Of a stretch of 32,000 bases of DNA, positions 23,500-32,000 are shown piece after piece. This stretch comes from Paracoccus suum (GTDB lineage Bacteria > Pseudomonadota > Alphaproteobacteria > Rhodobacterales > Rhodobacteraceae): NCBI RefSeq assembly GCF_003324675.1, contig NZ_CP030918.1, positions 3,090,001-3,122,000 on the forward strand. Reading direction: 5' to 3'. Positions within the stretch are counted from its first letter, which is position 1; each line of letters starts with the position of its first letter. The translations under genes and the position numbers were made by a program. Under the pieces are notes generated by a model. The model was not told the origin of the DNA, made no database searches, and saw only the letters and a program-made list of their open reading frames with translations.

Positions 23500-24240
23500 T
23501 CAGAGCATCGCCATCCCGCCGTTCACGTGCAGCGTCGCGCCTGTGACATAGCCCGCCTCGGGGCTGGCAAGGTAAAGGGCTGCGGCCGCGATCTCGTCCG
23601 GGGTGCCCATGCGGCCCATGGGAATCGCGCCAAGGATGCGGCCCTTCTGCTCGTCGTTCAGCGCGCCGGTCATGGGCGTTTCGATGAAACCGGGGGCGAT
23701 GCAGTTGACGGTTATGCCGCGGCTGGCCAGCTCTGCCGCGAGGCTTTTCGACATGCCGACCAGCGCCGCCTTGGCCGCGGCATAGTTCGCCTGCCCCGGA
23801 TTGCCGGTCGCGCCTACAACCGAGGTGACGGTCACGATCCGTCCCCAGCGCGCCTTCATCATGCCGCGCATCACCGCCCGCGACAGCCGGAAGGCCGAGG
23901 TCAGGTTGACCTCCAGTACCTGCGACCATTCTTCGTCCGACATGCGCATGGCCAGGTTGTCGCGGGTGATGCCGGCGTTGTTGACCAGGATGTCGATGCC
24001 GCCGCCCAGCGCCTCGGCCGCCGCCTTGGGCAATGCCTCGACCGAGGCAGCGTCCGACAGGTTCGCAGTGACCACATAGGCGCGATCGCCAAGACTGCCG
24101 GCCAGTTCAGCCAGGGGCGCCTCGCGCGTTCCGGACAGAGCCACGCTGGCGCCGGCCGCGTACAGCGCCCGCGCTACCGCCCCACCGATTCCGCCCGAGG
24201 CGCCCGTCACCAGTGCCCGCCTGCCGGTCAGATCGAACAT
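23500..24240 (-). CDS. fabG: 3-oxoacyl-ACP reductase
   Basis: 246 aa. ALVTGASGGIGGA, NNAGITRD, YAAAKAALVG, C-terminal ATLHVNGGMAML. Confidence 0.93.
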   Translation of the reverse strand: MFDLTGRRALVTGASGGIGGAVARALYAAGASVALSGTREAPLAELAGSLGDRAYVVTANLSDAASVEALPKAAAEALGGGIDILVNNAGITRDNLAMRMSDEEWSQVLEVNLTSAFRLSRAVMRGMMKARWGRIVTVTSVVGATGNPGQANYAAAKAALVGMSKSLAAELASRGITVNCIAPGFIETPMTGALNDEQKGRILGAIPMGRMGTPDEIAAAALYLASPEAGYVTGATLHVNGGMAML

Positions 24241-24400
24241 CCAATACCCTCCGCTTTTTAATCACTTGCCTGCCGCGACCGGGTGCGGCCCGCACGCCTT
24301 TCCTTTGGCGTCCCACAGCACCGGCCGCGATTCAAGCCATGCTGCACCGCGGCGCGGCACTGGACAGGCTGCGTGCCGGGGACTAACGGAGGTGCCGTAA

Positions 24401-25384
<984 letters not shown>

Positions 25385-25407
25385 ACCCGCAAAATACCTA
25401 CAGATCG

Positions 25408-25436
25408 GGCCGCCCTTCCGGGCGGCCTTTTCGTTT
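25408..25436 (+). terminator. Rho-independent terminator after mdh
   Basis: GGCCGCCC-TTCC-GGGCGGCC followed by TTTTCGTTT. Confidence 0.8.
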
Positions 25437-25461
25437 GGACTTTCGGGCCGCAATCGACCGT

Positions 25462-25492
25462 TGTGATCACAGTTTTCGAGAGCGTGATCACA
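25462..25492. promoter_or_regulatory. Two copies of the palindrome GTGATCAC (TGTGATCACA at 25462-25471, GTGATCACA at 25484-25492), ~22 bp centre to centre, upstream of sucC
   Basis: Read directly. Located 113-143 nt upstream of the sucC ATG, in the only sizeable non-coding stretch before the suc operon. Confidence 0.4.
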
Positions 25493-25604
25493 AGCGGTGC
25501 TATTGCTGGCCCGATCCCGCCTATGGGACAGATTTGCTTGGCCTTCCGCGTGAAAGCGCGCATACAACCGCGCAAATCCACCACCCTCGGGGGGCGATCG
25601 GGCC

Positions 25605-26798
25605 ATGAACATCCACGAATACCAAGCCAAAGCCTTGCTGCGCCAATACGGCGCGCCGGTCAGTGACGGGCGCATCGTCATGCGCGCGGAAGAGGCAAAG
25701 GCCGCCGCCAGCCAGCTGGCGGGCCCGTTGTGGGTGGTAAAATCCCAGATTCACGCCGGCGGCCGCGGCAAGGGGCACTTCGTCGAGGCCGAGGCTGGCG
25801 AAAAGGGCGGCGTGCGGCTGGCGAAATCGGTGTCCGAGGCCGAGGAGCTGACCCGCCAGATGCTGGGCCGCACTCTCGTGACCCACCAGACCGGCGAGGC
25901 CGGCAAGCAGGTCAACCGCATTTACATCGAAGACGGCAGCGACATCGCGCGCGAGTTGTACCTGGCGCTGCTGGTCGACCGCGGCACCTCTCGCGTCAGC
26001 TTCGTCGTCTCGACCGAGGGCGGCATGGACATCGAGGAGGTCGCCCATTCGACCCCCGAGAAGATCGTGACCTTCAGCGTCGATCCGGCCACGGGCCTGT
26101 CGGACTTCCACGGCCGCCGCGTCGCCTTCGCCCTTGGGCTGGAGGGCGCGCAGGTCAAGCAATGCGTCGCCCTGGTCAAGACCCTCTACAAGATGTTCAT
26201 CGAGCGCGACATGGAGATGCTCGAGATCAACCCGCTGATCGTCACGCCCGACGGCACGGTCAAGGCGCTGGACGCCAAGATGGGCTTTGACAACAACGCC
26301 CTCTATCGCCAGCCCGAGATCATGGCCCTGCGCGACGAGACCGAGGAAGACCCCAAGGAACTGGCGGCCAGCAAGTTCGATCTGAACTACATCGCGCTGG
26401 ACGGCGAGATCGGCTGCATGGTCAACGGCGCAGGCCTTGCCATGGCGACCATGGACATCATCAAGCTGTACGGCGCCGAGCCGGCCAACTTCCTCGATGT
26501 GGGCGGCGGCGCCAGCAAGGAAAAGGTGACCGAGGCGTTCAAGATCATCACCTCGGACCCGAACGTCAAAGGCATTCTGGTCAACATCTTCGGCGGCATC
26601 ATGCGCTGCGACATCATCGCCGAGGGCATCGTCGCCGCGGTGAAGGAAGTCGGCCTGAAAGTGCCGCTGGTCGTCCGGCTGGAAGGCACCAACGTCGAGC
26701 AGGGCAAGCAGATCATCCGCGACAGCGGCCTGAACGTGATCGCCGCGGACGACCTGAAGGACGGCGCCGAGAAGATCGTGAAGGCGGTCAAGGGATAA
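25605..26798 (+). CDS. sucC: Succinyl-CoA synthetase beta subunit
   Basis: 397 aa. [43 protein letters not shown]. Confidence 0.96.
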   Translation: MNIHEYQAKALLRQYGAPVSDGRIVMRAEEAKAAASQLAGPLWVVKSQIHAGGRGKGHFVEAEAGEKGGVRLAKSVSEAEELTRQMLGRTLVTHQTGEAGKQVNRIYIEDGSDIARELYLALLVDRGTSRVSFVVSTEGGMDIEEVAHSTPEKIVTFSVDPATGLSDFHGRRVAFALGLEGAQVKQCVALVKTLYKMFIERDMEMLEINPLIVTPDGTVKALDAKMGFDNNALYRQPEIMALRDETEEDPKELAASKFDLNYIALDGEIGCMVNGAGLAMATMDIIKLYGAEPANFLDVGGGASKEKVTEAFKIITSDPNVKGILVNIFGGIMRCDIIAEGIVAAVKEVGLKVPLVVRLEGTNVEQGKQIIRDSGLNVIAADDLKDGAEKIVKAVKG

Positions 26799-26946
26799 GT
26801 TGACAGTGCGACTCGCTGAAGAAGGTTTGCCAACGCTGATAGCGATTGGACGACTTATTCATAACTCGGCAAATCCCGACCTCCACACTGGCACTTTCAA
26901 AGTTTGCCAAGCCGAGGCCGACAAAGAGAATAGAGGGAACGCTTAA

Positions 26947-27831
26947 TTGGCCATTCTCGTCGACAAGAACACCAAGGTTATCTGCCAGGGCATCACCGGC
27001 AGCCAAGGCACCTTTCATACCGAGCAGGCGATCGCCTATGGCACGCAGATGGTCGGCGGCGTGACCCCGGGCAAGGGCGGGTCCACGCACCTGAACCTGC
27101 CGGTGTTCAACAGCGTCCATGAGGCCGTCGAAAAGACCGGCGCGAACGCAACCGTCATCTATGTCCCGCCGCCCTTCGCGGCCGATTCGATCCTCGAGGC
27201 GATCGATGCCGAGGTGCCGTTGATCGTCGCCATCACCGAGGGCATCCCGGTCCTCGACATGATGCGCGTCAAGCGCGCCCTGATCGATTCGAAATCGCGC
27301 CTGATCGGGCCGAACTGCCCAGGCGTCCTGACCCCTGACGCCTGCAAGATCGGCATCATGCCCGGCAGCATCTTCAGCCCCGGCAGCGTCGGCGTCGTCT
27401 CGCGCAGCGGCACGCTGACCTATGAGGCGGTCAAGCAGACCACCGACGTTGGCCTCGGCCAGTCCACCGCGGTCGGCATCGGTGGCGATCCGATCAAGGG
27501 CACCGAGCATCTCGACGTGCTCGAGATGTTCCTCGCCGACGACGCGACCCAGTCGATCATCATGATCGGCGAGATCGGCGGCGCCGCCGAGGAGGAGGCC
27601 GCGCAGTTCCTCGCGGACGAGAAAAAGCGTGGCCGCTGGAAGCCGACAGCCGGTTTCATCGCCGGCCGCACCGCCCCCAAGGGCCGGCGCATGGGCCATG
27701 CAGGCGCCATCGTTTCGGGTGGCCAGGGCGATGCCGAGAGCAAGATCGAGGCAATGAAAGCCGCCGGGATCGTCGTGGCCGACAGCCCCGCGGGCCTCGG
27801 CGAAGCGGTGCTGAAGGCGATCAAGGGCTGA
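26947..27831 (+). CDS. sucD: Succinyl-CoA synthetase alpha subunit (TTG start)
   Basis: 294 aa. The conserved N-terminus [24 protein letters not shown] needs the TTG at 26947. GAGGGA lies ~10 nt upstream. Contains SRSGTLTYE and the phosphohistidine region MGHAGAIV. Confidence 0.93.
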   Translation: MAILVDKNTKVICQGITGSQGTFHTEQAIAYGTQMVGGVTPGKGGSTHLNLPVFNSVHEAVEKTGANATVIYVPPPFAADSILEAIDAEVPLIVAITEGIPVLDMMRVKRALIDSKSRLIGPNCPGVLTPDACKIGIMPGSIFSPGSVGVVSRSGTLTYEAVKQTTDVGLGQSTAVGIGGDPIKGTEHLDVLEMFLADDATQSIIMIGEIGGAAEEEAAQFLADEKKRGRWKPTAGFIAGRTAPKGRRMGHAGAIVSGGQGDAESKIEAMKAAGIVVADSPAGLGEAVLKAIKG

Positions 27832-27957
27832 TCCGCGGCCCACGTTCCCGGCCAGCGTTCACGATTCCTCAAGGGTCTGAACGATCGTCGCCAGGGGACG
27901 TTGGGCCGGAATGGCATCGGGGGATGACGGATGGAACGGGGCAGGCAGGTGGGCATC

Positions 27958-28296
27958 ATGAGGGCGGGTCGGGTTGCGCTCGTTGGCCTCTGCCTCGCGC
28001 TTGCCGCCTGCGGCGGCGGCCCGACCGAGGACATGCTGCGCGGCGGCGTGCCGGCGCGGACCGACCTGCACCGCGCCTCGACCCTGCCGCCCCAATCGGT
28101 GCGGACCGTCAACCGAAACGACGCGGGCTGGCGGGTGATCTATCGCCCCGGCGCGGCCCCCGCCAACGCCGAGCAGGGTGCCGCCAAAGCCCTGTGCGGG
28201 CTGGAGCACAAGCGCGCGGTCGAAATCCGGCAATTGCCGCTTGACGGGCCGGGGGATGATCCTGGCGCGCGCAAGATCGACATTATCTGCGGGTGA
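27958..28296 (+). CDS. Small putative lipoprotein (112 aa) between sucD and sucA
   Basis: MRAGRVALVGLCLALAACGGGP is a signal peptide with lipobox LAAC. The track ORF starts at 27931; I prefer the ATG at 27958. Confidence 0.55.
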   Translation: MRAGRVALVGLCLALAACGGGPTEDMLRGGVPARTDLHRASTLPPQSVRTVNRNDAGWRVIYRPGAAPANAEQGAAKALCGLEHKRAVEIRQLPLDGPGDDPGARKIDIICG

Positions 28297-28530
28297 GATG
28301 GTGGTCAGCTTCCTCCAACCTCGGGCCAACCCCGCCCCGTCGCGCCCGGACTGGCCGCCGCGCCTTGGTTCCCTTGTCCTTCGCCGGATGCCCCGCGCCT
28401 TCGCCCTGCCCCACGGGCTTCGCGAGACGTGCGCACCCGTCGCCCGCCCCCTTTCTTTCATCGTCCAATCAGCGCGCTGCGGAACCGCTGGACCGAAGCT
28501 GCTCGGCCCGAACCCGCTCGAGGTGACCCT

Positions 28531-31503
28531 ATGAACGACCAGACCCCCAACGCCGATTTTCGCGACAGCAGCTTCCTGCAGGGCACCAACGCCGCCTATG
28601 TCGAGCAGCTCTACGGCCAGTGGGCGAAAGACCCGGCCGCGGTCGATTCCGCCTGGAGCGAGTATTTCCAGGGCCTTGGCGAGACCGAGGCGACCGTCTC
28701 GCGCGAGGCCAAGGGGGCATCCTGGCGCCGGGCGGACTGGCCACCGATGCCGACGGACGAGACGACCGCCGCCTTGACCGGTGAATGGCCCATGGCCTCC
28801 GAGGCGACTGCTAAGGCGGCCATCGCCACGATCACCGCCAAGGCCGAGGACAAGGGCGTCAAGTTGAGCGACGACATGCTGCGCCGGGCGGTGCTGGACA
28901 GCGTGCGCGCGATCATGCTGATCCGCGCCTTCCGCATCCGCGGCCACCTGTTTGCCGATCTCGATCCGCTCGGGATGCGCGAGGTTCCCCCCTTGGGCGA
29001 ACTGGACCCGGCGACCTATGGCTTTACCGCCGCGGACCTCGACCGGCCGATCTTTATCGATAACGTCCTCGGCCTGCAGATTGCGTCGATCCGCCAGATC
29101 ACCGAGATCATGAAGCGCACCTACTGCGGCACCTTCGCGCTGCAGTTCATGCACATCAGCGACCCCGAGCAGGCCGCGTGGCTGAAAGAGCGGATCGAGG
29201 GTTATGGCAAGGAAATCGCCTTCACCCGCGAAGGCCGGCGCGCGATCCTGAACAAGCTGGTCGAGGCCGAAGGCTTTGAAAAGTTCCTGCATGTCAAATA
29301 CATGGGGACCAAGCGGTTCGGCCTTGACGGGGCCGAAGCGCTGATCCCGGCGATGGAGCAGATCATCAAGCGTGGCGGCGCCCTCGGCGTACGGGACGTC
29401 GTGATCGGCATGCCGCACCGCGGCCGCCTGTCGGTGCTGGCGAACGTCCTCAGCAAGCCGTTCCGCGCCATCTTCCACGAGTTCCAAGGCGGCAGCTTCA
29501 AGCCCGAGGATGTCGATGGCTCGGGCGATGTGAAATACCACCTCGGCGCCTCGTCGGACCGCAGCTTTGACGACAACACCGTCCACCTGTCGCTGACCGC
29601 TAACCCCAGTCACCTCGAGGCGGTGAACCCGGTGGTGCTGGGCAAGGTGCGCGCCAAACAGGACCAGATGTCTGACCAGGAGCATCGCACTGCGGTGCTG
29701 CCAGTCCTTCTGCATGGCGATGCGGCCTTTGCCGGCCAGGGCGTCGTCGCGGAATGCTTTGGCCTGTCGGGCCTGCGCGGCCACCGCACCGGCGGCACCA
29801 TCCATGTCGTGGTGAACAACCAGATCGGCTTTACCACGGCGCCGTCCTTCAGCCGCTCGTCGCCCTACCCGACCGACATCGCGCTGATGGTCGAGGCGCC
29901 GATCTTTCACGTCAACGGCGACGATCCCGAGGCCGTGGTCCACGCCGCCAAGGTCGCCACCGAATTCCGCCAGAAGTTCCACAAGGACGTGGTCATCGAC
30001 ATCTTCTGTTATCGCCGCTTCGGGCATAACGAAGGCGACGAGCCGATGTTCACCAACCCTTGCATGTACAAGGAAATCAAGGCGCACAAGACGACCCTGC
30101 AGCTCTATACCGACCGGCTGGTCAAGGATGGCCTGATCCCCGAGGGCGAGATCGAGGACATGAAGGCCTCGTTCCAGGCCCACCTCAACGAGGAGTTCGA
30201 GGTCGGCAAGGCGTTCAAGCCGAACAAGGCCGACTGGCTGGATGGCAAGTGGCAGGGGTTCGAGCGCGAGGGCGAGGAATACACCCCCGGCAAGACCGGC
30301 ATCCCGGCGGCGACCATGGCCGAGATCGGAACTGCGCTGACCCGCATCCCCAAGGACATGGCGATCCACAAGACCGTCGCCCGCCTGATCGAGGCGAAAA
30401 AGGCGATGTTCGACAGCGGCAATGGCTTTGACTGGGCGACCGCCGAAGCGCTCGCCTTCGGCAGCCTGCTGGTCGAGGGCCACCCGGTGCGCCTGTCCGG
30501 TCAGGACAGCACGCGAGGCACCTTCAGCCAACGTCACTCGGCCTTCATCGACCAGGAGACCGAGCACCGCCATTACCCGCTGAACCACATTCGCAGCGGC
30601 CAGTCGCGGTTCGAGGTCATCGACTCGATGCTGTCGGAATATGCGGTCCTCGGCTTTGAATACGGCTATTCGCTGTCCGAGCCGAACACTCTGACCATGT
30701 GGGAGGCGCAGTTCGGCGACTTTGCCAACGGCGCGCAGATCCTGTTCGACCAGTTCATCTCGTCGGGCGAAAAGAAATGGCTGCGCATGTCGGGCCTGAC
30801 GCTGCTGCTGCCGCATGGGTACGAGGGCCAGGGCCCCGAGCACAGCAGCGCCCGGCTGGAGCGCTGGCTGCAGATGTCGGCCGAGGATAACTGGATCGTC
30901 GCCAACGTGACGACACCGGCCAACTATTTCCACATCCTGCGCCGGCAGATTCACCGCCCGTTCCGCAAGCCCTTGGTGCTGATGACGCCGAAATCGCTGC
31001 TGCGTCATCCGCAGGCGATCTCGACCGCGGCCGAGTTCCAGACCGGCTCGACCTTCCACCGGGTTCTGCCGGACGACGCCGAGCGGCTGAACGAGGCCAG
31101 CATCCTGGCCCCCGACCCCGAGATCAAGCGAGTCGTGGTCTGCTCGGGCAAGGTCTACTACGACCTGCTCGCGGCGCGCGATGCTGCCGGGGTGAAGGAC
31201 GTCTACATCGCCCGGCTGGAGCAGTTCTATCCCTTCCCGCAGCAGTCGCTGCTGAAGATGTTCGACCGCTTCAAGTCGGCCGAGTTCGTCTGGTGCCAGG
31301 AAGAGCCCAAGAACCAGGGCGGGTGGAGCTTTGTCGAGCCGAACCTCGAATGGGTGCTGACCCGCATCGGCGCCGATCACAAGCGCCCGGTCTATGCCGG
31401 CCGTCCGGCCTCGGCCTCACCGGCGACTGGCCTTGCCTCGCGCCACAAGCTGGAACAGACGCGGCTGGTGGATGAGGCGCTCGGCTTCGAGACCTCGAAA
31501 TGA
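28531..31503 (+). CDS. sucA: 2-oxoglutarate dehydrogenase E1 component
   Basis: 990 aa from MNDQTPNADFRDSSFLQGTNAAYVEQLYGQW (canonical E1o N-terminus). Contains HRGRLSVLANV and GDAAFAGQGVV. The track ORF start at 28429 is a 5' extension. Confidence 0.96.
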   Translation: MNDQTPNADFRDSSFLQGTNAAYVEQLYGQWAKDPAAVDSAWSEYFQGLGETEATVSREAKGASWRRADWPPMPTDETTAALTGEWPMASEATAKAAIATITAKAEDKGVKLSDDMLRRAVLDSVRAIMLIRAFRIRGHLFADLDPLGMREVPPLGELDPATYGFTAADLDRPIFIDNVLGLQIASIRQITEIMKRTYCGTFALQFMHISDPEQAAWLKERIEGYGKEIAFTREGRRAILNKLVEAEGFEKFLHVKYMGTKRFGLDGAEALIPAMEQIIKRGGALGVRDVVIGMPHRGRLSVLANVLSKPFRAIFHEFQGGSFKPEDVDGSGDVKYHLGASSDRSFDDNTVHLSLTANPSHLEAVNPVVLGKVRAKQDQMSDQEHRTAVLPVLLHGDAAFAGQGVVAECFGLSGLRGHRTGGTIHVVVNNQIGFTTAPSFSRSSPYPTDIALMVEAPIFHVNGDDPEAVVHAAKVATEFRQKFHKDVVIDIFCYRRFGHNEGDEPMFTNPCMYKEIKAHKTTLQLYTDRLVKDGLIPEGEIEDMKASFQAHLNEEFEVGKAFKPNKADWLDGKWQGFEREGEEYTPGKTGIPAATMAEIGTALTRIPKDMAIHKTVARLIEAKKAMFDSGNGFDWATAEALAFGSLLVEGHPVRLSGQDSTRGTFSQRHSAFIDQETEHRHYPLNHIRSGQSRFEVIDSMLSEYAVLGFEYGYSLSEPNTLTMWEAQFGDFANGAQILFDQFISSGEKKWLRMSGLTLLLPHGYEGQGPEHSSARLERWLQMSAEDNWIVANVTTPANYFHILRRQIHRPFRKPLVLMTPKSLLRHPQAISTAAEFQTGSTFHRVLPDDAERLNEASILAPDPEIKRVVVCSGKVYYDLLAARDAAGVKDVYIARLEQFYPFPQQSLLKMFDRFKSAEFVWCQEEPKNQGGWSFVEPNLEWVLTRIGADHKRPVYAGRPASASPATGLASRHKLEQTRLVDEALGFETSK

Positions 31504-32000
31504 CCGAGGTTCGTGTCCCGGCCCTGGGCGAGAGCGTCTCGGAGGCGACGGTTGCCACCTGGTTCAAGCAGGCCGGCGATCGCGTGAGCGCCGACGAGAT
31601 GCTGTGCGAGCTGGAAACCGACAAGGTGACGGTCGAGGTGCCGGCCCCGGCATCCGGCATCCTGACCGAGATCGTCGCGCCCGAGGGCGCGACGATCGGC
31701 CCCAACGCGCTGCTGGCGCAGATTACCGAAGGGGCGGGCGCCGATGACGCCGCGACACCCGGCAAGGCGGGGGCCGACACCCGCACCCCGCAGGAAGGAA
31801 AACCGATGAGCGGCAAGAACGTGGACGTGATGGTGCCGGCGCTGGGCGAAAGCGTGACCGAGGCGACCGTTGCCACATGGTTCAAGAAGGCGGGCGACCA
31901 GGTCGCCGCCGACGAAATGCTGTGCGAGCTTGAGACCGACAAGGTGTCGGTCGAGGTGCCCGCCCCCGCCGCCGGCGTTCTGGCCGAGATCCTCGTCCCC
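31500..32000 (+). CDS. sucB: 2-oxoglutarate dehydrogenase E2 (dihydrolipoamide succinyltransferase), partial, two lipoyl domains
   Basis: Absent from the track because there is no stop in the window. ATGA overlap with the sucA stop. Manual translation gives MTEVRVPALGESVSEATVATWFKQAGDRVSADEMLCELETDKVTVEVPAPASG...; a second copy VDVMVPALGESVTEATVATWFKKAGDQVAADEMLCELETDKVSVEVPAPAAG starts at 31821. Confidence 0.9.
   Translation, partial: MTEVRVPALGESVSEATVATWFKQAGDRVSADEMLCELETDKVTVEVPAPASGILTEIVAPEGATIGPNALLAQITEGAGADDAATPGKAGADTRTPQEGKPMSGKNVDVMVPALGESVTEATVATWFKKAGDQVAADEMLCELETDKVSVEVPAPAAGVLAEILVP

Overview
High-GC chromosome segment, probably from an alphaproteobacterium. The Rhodobacterales-like guess rests only on composition and the mdh-sucCDAB / fabG-acpP-fabF-mltG gene order. 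GC was counted by hand: 24421-24480 is 41/60 G+C. The window has three parts. (1) 1-10497 is the right-hand portion of a prophage with lambda-type head genes. It is almost entirely on the minus strand and its genes are translationally coupled. In order: RuvC-like resolvase, two small phage proteins, a ParB-domain::DPPY DNA methyltransferase (MTase), a C5-cytosine MTase and a 2-TM peptide. A two-gene plus-strand insert follows (small protein + DUF3489-like). Then come TerS, GpA-type TerL, gpW, a lambda-family portal and a ClpP-like prohead protease that runs off the left edge. (2) 10498-~16950 is an island abutting the 3' end of tRNA-Ser(GCU). It holds a large serine recombinase that lacks its catalytic N-terminus, plus a coupled HTH ORF. 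Next is a sharply AT-richer ~4.6 kb cassette (13921-13980 is 28/60 G+C). The cassette encodes a ribbon-helix-helix (RHH) regulator, two tandem SPPY-motif (N4-cytosine-type) MTases and a convergent single-HKD phospholipase-D-family nuclease. That nuclease has a long low-complexity linker and an unassigned C-terminal domain. The layout matches the BfiI type IIS R-M system, but I cannot match it to any named system. It is my best candidate for an uncharacterised defence module. (3) 17095-32000 is core housekeeping: DyP peroxidase, ychF, trpA (frameshifted in a C5 run as given), mltG, fabF, acpP, fabG, mdh, sucC, sucD, a small lipoprotein, sucA, and sucB (partial, two lipoyl domains). I saw no rRNA, CRISPR array or transposase. 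Many long ORFs in the six-frame track are GC-driven artefacts antisense to recognisable genes.
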